A model generated the notes under the pieces. That model was given only the letters and a program-made list of their open reading frames with translations, had not been told where the DNA came from and did not search any database. DNA of 64,000 bases from Nannocystis sp. (GTDB lineage: Bacteria > Myxococcota_A > Polyangia > Nannocystales > Nannocystaceae): the NCBI RefSeq assembly GCF_016714285.1, contig NZ_JADJNN010000008.1, positions 260,669 through 324,668 of the forward strand, read 5' to 3'. Numbering within the stretch: the first letter of the stretch is position 1; each line of letters begins with the position of its first letter. The translations under genes were made by a program, and so were the position numbers. Below, one piece after another: positions 37,561-45,650 of this stretch.

Positions 37561-37589
37561 TTGTACCTACCTACCCGATTTCCTATACT
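37561..37589 (+). promoter_or_regulatory. Sigma-70-like promoter TTGTAC-17nt-TATACT upstream of zinc-ribbon/GYF gene
   Basis: Near-consensus hexamers with 17-nt spacer ~75 bp upstream of ATG 37664, in AT-richer stretch. Confidence 0.4.
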
Positions 37590-37663
37590 GGCGACCCCGC
37601 GGACACAGTCGGTTCTGCAGGGCGCCGTCGCGCTCTGGCGAGCGACTCCCAGGAATCACGCTC

Positions 37664-39421
37664 ATGAAGATCGAATGCGATAAGTGCGGAGCCAAATACT
37701 CGATTGCGGACGACAAGGTCCGTGGCAAGACCTTCAAGATCCGCTGCAAGAAGTGCAGCAACGTGATCATCGTCCGCGACAAGGCGGGGGGTGGCGACGC
37801 AGCCGAGAGCGAGGCGCCGTCGGATGAGCCCGGCTGGCACCTTGCGATCGGTGGCGAGACGGTCGGTCCGCTGACGGAGCAGGAAGTCCGTGAGAAGCAC
37901 GCTGCCGGCGAGATCGATCGCGAGACCTCGGTCTGGCAGGAAGGCTTCGAGGACTGGCTCCCGCTCGGTGATGTCGCTGCCTTCAGCGACCTGGCCGATC
38001 GCGGGGCGTCCAGTGCAGCGCCGGCCGCGGCCCCCGATCCCTTCGCGGGTGGCGGGGACGACGACTACAGCAGCAGCCACCGCGACAACAACCGCGGTGG
38101 CGCCAGCCCCAGCGCCTTCGCCGGCAGCCCCGAGCCCGCCCGCGCCGCGCCGGCGGCGGCCAGCGTCGCCGCGGCAGCCAGCGTCTCGCCAGCGGCCAGC
38201 TCCGCGAGCAAGGGCGACTCGCCGCGTGTCAGCCAGCTGACCTCGGCCCGCAACGAGAACTCGGTCCTCTTCTCGCTCGACAGCCTGTCGTCGATGGCGA
38301 TGGGCAGCAAGGGTTCGGCGGGCGGCGGCGCGGCCCCCAGTTCGTTCGGTGGCGGCGGTGGTGGCGGTGGTGGTGGCGGTGGCGGTGGCGGTGGCGGTGG
38401 TAGCCACTCGCCCTCGGCCAGCGGCAACAGTGAGGGCTCGGGTCTCATCGACATCCGCTCGATGGGCGCGATGCTCGGTGGTGGCGGTGGTGGCGGTGGT
38501 GGTGGCGGTGGCGACGACGATCGCGACGACTCGATGTTGCCGAGCTTCGGCGGCACCGGCTTCGGCGGCCTCGCAGCGGCCCCGCTGCTCACCGCGGCGC
38601 CGCCAGTCGCTGCCGACGCGGCCAGCGCTCCGGAGCCGCAGCGCCAGAACCAGACTCCGCTCTACATCCTGATCGGCATCCTTGTGCTCGGCCTCGGCGG
38701 TCTGGCGGCTTATGTCGTCACACGCCCGCCGCCGCAGCCGCAGGAGAAGATCGTCGAACGCATCGTCGCTCCGCCGGTCCAGCCCGACAAGAAGGACGAC
38801 GACGACGACGACAAGGCCAAGAAGAAGAAGGACGAGGAGGCCGACGAGGCCGAGGCCGACGCCGCTGGCGAGCCAGCGGGCGACGAGAAGGGCACGACGA
38901 CCGCGAAGCCCGGCGACAAGAAGGGCACGAGCAAGCCCGGCGACAAGAAGGGCACGAGCAAGCCCGGCGACAAGAAGGGCGATGGGGACAAGCCGGCGGC
39001 CACCGGTGACACGCCGCCCGTCAAGGCCGAGCCCAAGCCGAAGGAAGACGAGACTCCGTCGGTCGAGTGCATCCTCGATCCCTCGAAGTGCAAGAAGGGT
39101 GGCGGCGGTGGCGGCGAGAAGACCAAGCCCCCGCCGGACGCCAACATGCCGGAGAAGCTCGAGCTCGCCGACATCAAGGCCGGCGTCGCCGGTCCCAAGG
39201 GCTCGGCCGAGAGCAACTGCAAGAAGCACGCGAAGGGCGGCGAGAAGGTGAAGATCAAGCTCTCGATCTCGGGTCCTGCGGGCACGGTCATCAGCGCCGC
39301 GGCCGAGGACGACGCGGGCAACGCGGCGCTCGGCAGCTGCGTCGCCGCCGAGCTCAAGAAGGCCACCTTCAAGAAGGTCCAGAAGGAGCAGATCGGCACC
39401 GTGGTGTCGGTCTCGTTCTGA
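37664..39421 (+). CDS. Zinc-ribbon (MJ0042-type) + GYF_2/DUF4339 domain membrane protein with Gly-runs, KD-rich linker and C-terminal Cys-containing domain
   Basis: MKIECDKCGAKYSI...IRCKKCSNV zinc ribbon; WHLAIGGETVGPLTEQEV...WQEGFEDWLPLGDV GYF-like; poly-Gly; TM LYILIGILVLGLGGLAAYVV; KPGDKKGTS x3. Confidence 0.7.
   Translation: MKIECDKCGAKYSIADDKVRGKTFKIRCKKCSNVIIVRDKAGGGDAAESEAPSDEPGWHLAIGGETVGPLTEQEVREKHAAGEIDRETSVWQEGFEDWLPLGDVAAFSDLADRGASSAAPAAAPDPFAGGGDDDYSSSHRDNNRGGASPSAFAGSPEPARAAPAAASVAAAASVSPAASSASKGDSPRVSQLTSARNENSVLFSLDSLSSMAMGSKGSAGGGAAPSSFGGGGGGGGGGGGGGGGGGSHSPSASGNSEGSGLIDIRSMGAMLGGGGGGGGGGGGDDDRDDSMLPSFGGTGFGGLAAAPLLTAAPPVAADAASAPEPQRQNQTPLYILIGILVLGLGGLAAYVVTRPPPQPQEKIVERIVAPPVQPDKKDDDDDDKAKKKKDEEADEAEADAAGEPAGDEKGTTTAKPGDKKGTSKPGDKKGTSKPGDKKGDGDKPAATGDTPPVKAEPKPKEDETPSVECILDPSKCKKGGGGGGEKTKPPPDANMPEKLELADIKAGVAGPKGSAESNCKKHAKGGEKVKIKLSISGPAGTVISAAAEDDAGNAALGSCVAAELKKATFKKVQKEQIGTVVSVSF
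38347..38512. repeat. (GGTGGC)n hexanucleotide tracts encoding poly-Gly (38347-38401 and 38477-38512)
   Basis: Read directly; slippage-prone microsatellite inside CDS. Confidence 0.8.
38906..38986. repeat. Three tandem 27-bp repeats AAGCCCGGCGACAAGAAGGGCACGAGC (KPGDKKGTS)
   Basis: Two perfect copies plus one diverged at 3' end, in-frame within CDS. Confidence 0.85.
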
Positions 39422-39685
39422 GCAACACCACAACTATCGCTGTGGTGTTCGGAGCCGCCCGTGAGGCGGCTCCGGCCGTTAAGCGCCCACCGCCGACCCC
39501 CCGTCGCTGGGTCGCCGGACCTGCCGGGCCCCGCGGGAGCTGATCGCCCGGGCATTTCGGGGCTAGGCAGCGCCTACATTTTCCGGCAGGGTGGTCTGTG
39601 CAGGATCTGTCAGCGATTTCCTGCAAGCCTTCATCGGCCGCGACGCGTTGACCGCAGTTCGCCAAGCCCAGGAGTAATCGTCGCC

Positions 39686-40474
39686 ATGTCCAACACCGAG
39701 AACTCAGCCCTCATCGCCCTCAGCGAGCTCAAGAACCTCGAGGCCAACCGAGTGGCCGACATCGAGAGCCAGCGCAAGGCCAAGGAGGAGTCCGAGCGGC
39801 GCGCCCGCGAGGAGGCCGAACGTCGCGCCCGCGAGGAGGCGGAGCGCATCGCCAAGGCTGAAGCCGATCGCCTCGCCAAGCTCGCGGCGGAGAAGGAGGC
39901 CCGCGACCGGGAGGAGCGCCTGCGCCTCCAGGAGGCCGACCTCCGCGCCCGCGCTGAGCAAGAGGCCCGCCTGAAAGAAGAGCAGATGCGCCTCGACGCG
40001 CAGGTCAAGCTCGCCGAGAAGAAGGCCAAGCCCGTGTGGCTCTACGCCGTCCTCGGTGTGCTGGTCCTCGGCCTCGGCGTCGGCGTGTGGCAGTTCATCG
40101 ACTACACCAACAAGCAGGAGGAGCAGGACCGCCTGGAGAAGGTGGCGCAGGCCAAGAAGGACGCCGAGCAGAAGGCGGCGATGGAGGCCCTGATGGCCGA
40201 GCTCAAGGGCCTGAAGGACGAGCAGAACCGCCTCGAGACCGAGAAACAGGCCCTCGACGCCAAGCTCAACAACGTCACCGACGCGGCCGAGAAGCAGCGC
40301 CTGTTGGCCGAGAAGGCCGCCCTCGACGCCCAGATCGCCGAGAACGCCAACAAGCAGACCAAGAAGCGCGGCCAGACCGGCAAGCCCTCCGGCGACGGCG
40401 ACACCAAGCCCGAGAAGTCCAAGGGCGGAGTCGTGGTCAAGAAGAACGTCGACGATCCGCTCGACGGCCTGTGA
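39686..40474 (+). CDS. Charged coiled-coil protein with central TM helix
   Basis: EERRAREEAERRAREEAERIAKAEADRLAK repeats, TM PVWLYAVLGVLVLGLGVGVW, second coiled coil. Confidence 0.6.
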   Translation: MSNTENSALIALSELKNLEANRVADIESQRKAKEESERRAREEAERRAREEAERIAKAEADRLAKLAAEKEARDREERLRLQEADLRARAEQEARLKEEQMRLDAQVKLAEKKAKPVWLYAVLGVLVLGLGVGVWQFIDYTNKQEEQDRLEKVAQAKKDAEQKAAMEALMAELKGLKDEQNRLETEKQALDAKLNNVTDAAEKQRLLAEKAALDAQIAENANKQTKKRGQTGKPSGDGDTKPEKSKGGVVVKKNVDDPLDGL

Positions 40475-40475
40475 T

Positions 40476-40518
40476 CGATCGCCAGCCGATCGCCAGCCGA
40501 TCGCCAGCCGATCACCGA
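40476..40518. repeat. Tandem 11-bp repeat GATCGCCAGCC x3.5
   Basis: Immediately after stop of 39686..40474. Confidence 0.75.
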
Positions 40519-40522
40519 GTCA

Positions 40523-40580
40523 GCTCGAAGCGCGCCGGACAGGGAGCGATGCCCCTTGCCCGGCGCTTCGATCTTTGTTA
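40523..40580 (+). terminator. Hairpin TCGAAGCGCGCCGG...CCCGGCGCTTCGA followed by TCTTTGTTA
   Basis: 12-13-bp interrupted inverted repeat + T-rich tail upstream of tRNA. Confidence 0.4.
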
Positions 40581-40600
40581 GTAAGGCTCCCCCCGCTTCC

Positions 40601-40672
40601 GGCCTGGTAGCCAAGTGGTAAGGCAGAGCTCTGCAAAAGCTCTATACGCCGGTTCAATTCCGGCCCAGGCCT
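40601..40672 (+). tRNA. tRNA-Cys (anticodon GCA)
   Basis: Cloverleaf: acceptor GGCCTGG/CCAGGCC, D-arm GCCAAGTGGTAAGGC, anticodon stem GAGCT/AGCTC with loop CTGCAAA, T-arm CGCCGGTTCAATTCCGGC; CCA not encoded. Confidence 0.85.
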
Positions 40673-40685
40673 CTTGTACACACGC

Positions 40686-40725
40686 AGCCCCCGCCGGTAC
40701 TCACCGCGGGGGCTTCGTGCTTTGG
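40686..40725 (+). terminator. Hairpin AGCCCCCGC...GCGGGGGCT followed by TCGTGCTTTGGG after tRNA-Cys
   Basis: 9-bp perfect stem, 11-nt loop, T-rich tail. Confidence 0.5.
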
Positions 40726-40909
40726 GTCTCGCAGAAGTCTGCGGCGGGCGCCGCTGGCCCGGCCTGAACGATGTTCTTCGACCCGGCGGGTGGCTGCCAC
40801 GCCAGCACACCGGGCAATCAGAGAGAGACATCGGCGACGTGGACCGTTACCATCGTCGGAGCCTCGAGGGCCGTGCCCCGTGCACGAGTCGTCGCGGGCG
40901 CGACGACTC

Positions 40910-42844
40910 ATGAACACACGTCGACAAGGTGCACGTGCACCGGCCACGAGCGAGGGGTCCTCCGCCGTCGACCCATTGATCGGCGCGACCGTGGGGGGTC
41001 GCTACACGATCCGCCGCCTGCTCGCGCGTGGCGGGGTTGGCCTCGTCTACCTCGCGCAGCAGCGTGACCCAGACCGCGAGGTCGTCGTCAAGGTCCTCGC
41101 GCCCAACTGGATCGACAACACCGAGGCCGTCGCCCGCTTCGAACGCGAGGGCCAGCGCCTCGGCGCGGTGCAGCACGCCAACATCGTCAGCCTCTACGAG
41201 TGCGGCCACGAGAACGGCGTGGCCTTTCTGGCGATGGAGTACCTGGTCGGCGAGCTGCTCGGCGACTACCTCGCACGCAAGGGCGGCCGCCTCAGCGTCG
41301 AGGAGTTCGTCCCGATCGCCGCGCAGATCCTGAAGGGCCTCGGCTACGCCCACTCGCGCGGCCTGATGCACCGCGACATCAAGCCCAGCAACATCATGCT
41401 GTGCGTCCGCAAGGGCCGGGCCAACGTCGTCAAGATCCTCGACTTCGGCATGGCCAAGCTGATCGCCGGGGAGCAGGACATCACCAGCGAGCAGATCGTC
41501 GGCACCGCCAACTTCCTCTCACCAGAGCAGATCAAGGGCGAGGCCGTCGACGCCCGCGTCGATGTCTACTCGCTCGGCGTCCTGTTCTATGGCCTGCTCG
41601 GCGGGCGCATGCCCTTCGACGCCGACAACAACGCCGCGATCCTATACCGCCACGTCAACGACCCCCCGCGCCCGCTCGCAGAGGTCCTGCCGCCCGGGCA
41701 CGATGTCCCCGCCGGCCTCATCGAGCTGATCATGCAGTGCCTGGCGAAGGACCCCGACGAGCGCCCGGCCGACGCCGACGCGATGGTCGAGGCGCTCATC
41801 GACTGCGTGCAGGCCTCGATGTTCCACCTGCCGCTGGCCGACAGCGCGACTGGTGCGGTGATCTCGTCGAGCTCGCTGACCGGCGTCCCCAACCCCGACG
41901 CGCTGCAGAGCGAGGTCTCGAACGCGAACCTCTCGCGCGCCGCCTCGCAGGGCAGCTCCGTTGCCACATCACTTGCCACTGGGCAGCCCGCGACCCAGCG
42001 AGGGCTACGACCGACCACCCACCGCGGCCTGCGTCCGCCCACGAACAATCGCCTGCGCCCGCCGAGCGTGCCCGCCCGCGCCGCCAGTGCCCACGTCGCG
42101 GGCCCCGATCCGGTCAGCACGATCATCACCCTCGAGGCCGCCAGCGTGGCGAGCCCGCGCGGCAACTGGGGCCTGGTGATCGGCGCCACCGCGGCGCTGC
42201 TGGCCGGCGGCCTGCTCGCGGCGGTGTACGTGCTCGGCGGTCCCGGGGAGCAGCCGCCGGCGCCCACCGTCGCAGGGATCGCCGCAGCCGCGAGCGCGAG
42301 CGACCGGGCTCGCGCGAGCGAGGTGCTCGACCAGGTCGACGCTGACATCCTCTCCGGCGAGTTCGACACGGCGCGCGGCAAGCTCGATGCCGCCTCCCGT
42401 GAGCTCGACGCCAACCCCGAGCTCAAGGCCCGCGCCGCCCGCCAGCGCGACCGGATCGCCGTGGCCACCACTTTCGCGGCCGCCCAGCGGCTCGAGAAGG
42501 AGGGCAAGAACGCCGCAGCTCTCGGCGCTTACCAGGACATCCTGGCGATTGACCCTGGCCACGTCGACGCCCGCGCCGCGGTGGCCCGCCTGCGCGAGAC
42601 GCCGGCGTCGAAGCCGGGGACCACGCCGGTGAGCACGAGCCCCGCGAGCAAGCCGACCGGCAAGCGTGGGCCCGGGAAGCCCGGGAAGCCCGGCGAGCCC
42701 GCGTCGGTCGAGACAGGCGTCGAGCCCGAGCTGCCGCCGGAGCCCGAGAAGCCGGCCGAGGAGGATCCCTTCCTGCCCGTCGCCAAGAAGGACGACGGCG
42801 GGGTCTTTCTCCCAGTCGGCCAGCCCGCTGGAGGGACCAAATAA
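40910..42844 (+). CDS. Ser/Thr protein kinase with C-terminal TPR-like region (paralog of 45651..47627)
   Basis: GGRYTIRRLLARGGVGLVYLA, HRDIKPSNIML, DFGMAKL, GTANFLSPEQ; start at MNTRRQ. Confidence 0.85.
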   Translation: MNTRRQGARAPATSEGSSAVDPLIGATVGGRYTIRRLLARGGVGLVYLAQQRDPDREVVVKVLAPNWIDNTEAVARFEREGQRLGAVQHANIVSLYECGHENGVAFLAMEYLVGELLGDYLARKGGRLSVEEFVPIAAQILKGLGYAHSRGLMHRDIKPSNIMLCVRKGRANVVKILDFGMAKLIAGEQDITSEQIVGTANFLSPEQIKGEAVDARVDVYSLGVLFYGLLGGRMPFDADNNAAILYRHVNDPPRPLAEVLPPGHDVPAGLIELIMQCLAKDPDERPADADAMVEALIDCVQASMFHLPLADSATGAVISSSSLTGVPNPDALQSEVSNANLSRAASQGSSVATSLATGQPATQRGLRPTTHRGLRPPTNNRLRPPSVPARAASAHVAGPDPVSTIITLEAASVASPRGNWGLVIGATAALLAGGLLAAVYVLGGPGEQPPAPTVAGIAAAASASDRARASEVLDQVDADILSGEFDTARGKLDAASRELDANPELKARAARQRDRIAVATTFAAAQRLEKEGKNAAALGAYQDILAIDPGHVDARAAVARLRETPASKPGTTPVSTSPASKPTGKRGPGKPGKPGEPASVETGVEPELPPEPEKPAEEDPFLPVAKKDDGGVFLPVGQPAGGTK

Positions 42845-43724
42845 GTGACGCCTACCCATCATGTTCGCGCACGTCGGGCCGTCGCCCTGCTGACGCTCTC
42901 CGCCCTGTTCCTCACCACCGGTCCTTCGGGACATGTCCTCGCGGCCAGCCCTGCGGGCGCCACCGGGTCGGGTTCCGTGACCGCGGCCACGCCGGCACCC
43001 GCCGCGACCGCGACCGACCACCACGACCACACCAGGCGCCGCCGAACTCAGCGCTCAGGCGATCGATCGCTTCAAGGCCAAGGACTACGACGCCGCCGTG
43101 CGTCTGTTCGAGCAGGCCTACGCCCTCGATCCGAACCCCAACTACCTCTTCAACATCGGTCGCGTGTACGAGGAGAAGGGCGACATCCGCAGCGCCGTCG
43201 ACTACTACCAGCGCTTCGTCAAGGAGCCGGGCGTCGAGATCGGCTCGCGCGAGCTCGCGGTCCAACGCCTGCGGGTGCTCAAGGCGATCCTCAATGAGAC
43301 CGAGACGCCGGCAGGGAGCCAGTCCGCGCCGCAGCCGGCCGCCGCCACGCCGCCCCCGGGGGAGCCGGGCCGTCGCAGCACCGACGATCCCGATCCGAAG
43401 AAGACGATGCGGCTCGGCGGCTACGCGCTGATCGGCGTCGGTGGCATCTCGATGATCGTCGGCGGCATCTTCGGTGGGCTCACGCTGGCCAAGAAGGGCG
43501 AGCTCAACGACTCGCACGTGGTCGAGGACCGCAAGTCGCTCGCCCACCAGGGCGAGACCTTCGCCGTCATCTCGGACGTGACCCTGTTCACCGGCGCGGT
43601 GCTGCTCGTCACCGGCATCGCCCTCGCAGTGGTCGCCCGCAAGCCGCGCGCCGCGGCGCGCAGCGCCATCCTCCCCAGCGTCGGCCGCACGCACGCGGGC
43701 CTCAGCTGGAGCCTGCGCTTTTAG
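42845..43724 (+). pseudogene. Signal-peptide + TPR + two-TM protein apparently split by a +1 frameshift near 43020-43040
   Basis: Frame A (42845-) encodes signal peptide MTPTHHVRARRAVALLTLSALFLTTGPSGHVLAASPAGA; TPR repeat (AELSAQAIDRFKAKDYDAAVRLFEQAYALDPNPNYLFNIGRVYEEKGD) and TM helices continue in another frame with no start codon of its own before GTG 43097. Confidence 0.45.
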
Positions 43725-43756
43725 TCGAACCAGCTTAAGTCTTTCAGGAGCCCGTC

Positions 43757-45568
43757 ATGACCCTCGCCTCGCGCCCCAGCGGCCTCGCTCTCGGCCCCGC
43801 TCTCCTGCTCGGCGTCGCTGGCGCCGTCGTCGGCGCAGCGCTGGGCGCCTGCTCGCTCGCCGTCAGCTTCGACGAGTGCCGCAACGACGGCGACTGCCTC
43901 ACCAAGATGGGTGAGCAGTGGACCTGCGACCAGGGCCATTGCGTCGCGCCGAGCGGCGACGACAGCACGACCGCGACCTCCGTCACCCCGACCACCGAGT
44001 CGCCGACGACCGCGACCACCGGGGCCCCGACCACCAGCGCCGAGAGCAGCACCGGCCAGGTGAGCGCCACCACGACCGGAGACAGCACCAGCGGCAGCAG
44101 CACCGGCGAGGGCAGCAGCAGCGACACCGGCGTGGTCGCCTGCACGCTCAACAGCGAGTGCGAGGCGGCGCTCGGCGACAATTTCCTGTGCGTCGAGACG
44201 CTCTGCGTCGACGCGCTCAGCGAAGAGTGTCAGGTGCTGGTGTGGCCGAGCCAGGGCTCGCACGACAAGGTCGTGCTGCTGGCCAGCATCATCCCCGCGA
44301 GCCCGCCCTTCGACGCGATCACCGTGCCGCTGCAGAACGCGGTGCAGCTGGCGATCGAGGACTACAACCGCACCACCGACCTCCCGGGCGGCAAGCGCAT
44401 CGCCTGGCTGGCCTGCGACGACGCCGGCAGCGCCGAAAAGGCGCTCGCCGCCGCCGAGCACCTCACCGGCGCGCTCAAGGTCCCGGCGATCGTCGGCCCG
44501 GTGTTCAGCGAGCAGGTCATCGAGGTCGCTACCAAGGTCACGATCCCCGCGAGCACCTTCCTGATCACCCCCTCGGCCACCAGCAAGCAGATCACCAACC
44601 TCGCCGACAATGACCTCGTGTGGCGGCCGATCTCGAGCGACGTGTACCAGTCGAACGCGCTGGCGGACCGCGTGCTCGCGCTGGCCGCCACCCGGGTGGC
44701 CATGCTCGGCAAGGCCGACGCCTACGGCAAGGGCATCATCAGCGACGTCACCAAGGTCTTGAACCCCAAGCTCGGGGCCAAGTTCAAGAGCTTCGAGTAC
44801 CCCGATCCCGTCAGCAAGCCGCCGGACCAGATCATGGCCGACTACGCGGCGATCCTCGCCGACGCGTGGGGCGACAAGGGCTTGCACCCCGATCATGTGC
44901 TGATCGCGGGCACCAGCGAGGCGATCAACCTCGTGCTCGGCACCATGCTCGCGTGGGGCGCCGAGAACCCGCCGCCGACCCAGCCGCGCTTCATCGTCAC
45001 CCACGGCGCCGTCCCCAGCATGGAGGACATCGTCAACAGCGCGCCGGACGGCATCAAGGCGCTGCTGATGCCCTACGTCGAGGGGGTCGCGCCGGACGTG
45101 CTCGACCCGCAGAACTTCGCCGCCTTCAACATCCGCTACAAGATCCGCTTCAACGACAGCGACGCGATCACGGCCTCGTCGCTCGGCTACGACGCGACCA
45201 TGGTCACGATCTTCGCTATGGCCGCGATCCCGGCGGGCGAGCCGGTCACCGGCCCCGCGATCGCCGGCAACATGGGCAAGCTGGTCGACGCGATGGGGAC
45301 CAAGGTCAGCTTCGACGACGTTGACGGCACGGACCTGCTCTTCATCAAGAAGGCCCACAACGCCCTCGTCAGCAAGAAGACCGTCGACCTCAAGGGCGTC
45401 AGCGGCGAGCTGACCTTCGACCTTGCGACCGGCGAGGTGCGGACCAACGTGATCGGCTGGGGCCTGACGCCGAAGATGGGCATGCCCACGGTCCCGGTGC
45501 TCACGCCCATGCGGGTCTACGTGCTCGATCCGCCTCCTGCGGTCACCGGCACCTGGATGGACCTTTAG
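43757..45568 (+). CDS. Lipoprotein, periplasmic-binding-protein type I fold (Leu/Ile/Val-binding-protein-like ABC substrate-binding protein) with Cys/Thr-rich N-terminal extension
   Basis: Lipobox LGAC; C-terminal 400 aa with PBP-I pattern (AIVGPVFSEQ..., LITPSATS..., no partner permease nearby). Confidence 0.65.
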   Translation: MTLASRPSGLALGPALLLGVAGAVVGAALGACSLAVSFDECRNDGDCLTKMGEQWTCDQGHCVAPSGDDSTTATSVTPTTESPTTATTGAPTTSAESSTGQVSATTTGDSTSGSSTGEGSSSDTGVVACTLNSECEAALGDNFLCVETLCVDALSEECQVLVWPSQGSHDKVVLLASIIPASPPFDAITVPLQNAVQLAIEDYNRTTDLPGGKRIAWLACDDAGSAEKALAAAEHLTGALKVPAIVGPVFSEQVIEVATKVTIPASTFLITPSATSKQITNLADNDLVWRPISSDVYQSNALADRVLALAATRVAMLGKADAYGKGIISDVTKVLNPKLGAKFKSFEYPDPVSKPPDQIMADYAAILADAWGDKGLHPDHVLIAGTSEAINLVLGTMLAWGAENPPPTQPRFIVTHGAVPSMEDIVNSAPDGIKALLMPYVEGVAPDVLDPQNFAAFNIRYKIRFNDSDAITASSLGYDATMVTIFAMAAIPAGEPVTGPAIAGNMGKLVDAMGTKVSFDDVDGTDLLFIKKAHNALVSKKTVDLKGVSGELTFDLATGEVRTNVIGWGLTPKMGMPTVPVLTPMRVYVLDPPPAVTGTWMDL

Positions 45569-45577
45569 CGTCCCGGC

Positions 45578-45634
45578 GGCCAGGGGAGGCCAGGGGCGGC
45601 CAGGGGAGTCCTGGGGACGGGGAGGGAGCGGGGT
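45578..45634. repeat. G-rich tandem repeat GGCCAGGGG(A/C) x3 plus further GGGG runs (G-quadruplex-capable)
   Basis: Seven G3-4 tracts within 57 nt between lipoprotein stop and kinase start. Confidence 0.7.
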
Positions 45635-45650
45635 TGCGCGACCTCGTGCC

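Noticed and set aside
37583-39433. 616-aa minus-strand ORF
   Set aside because: Antisense to zinc-ribbon/GYF gene
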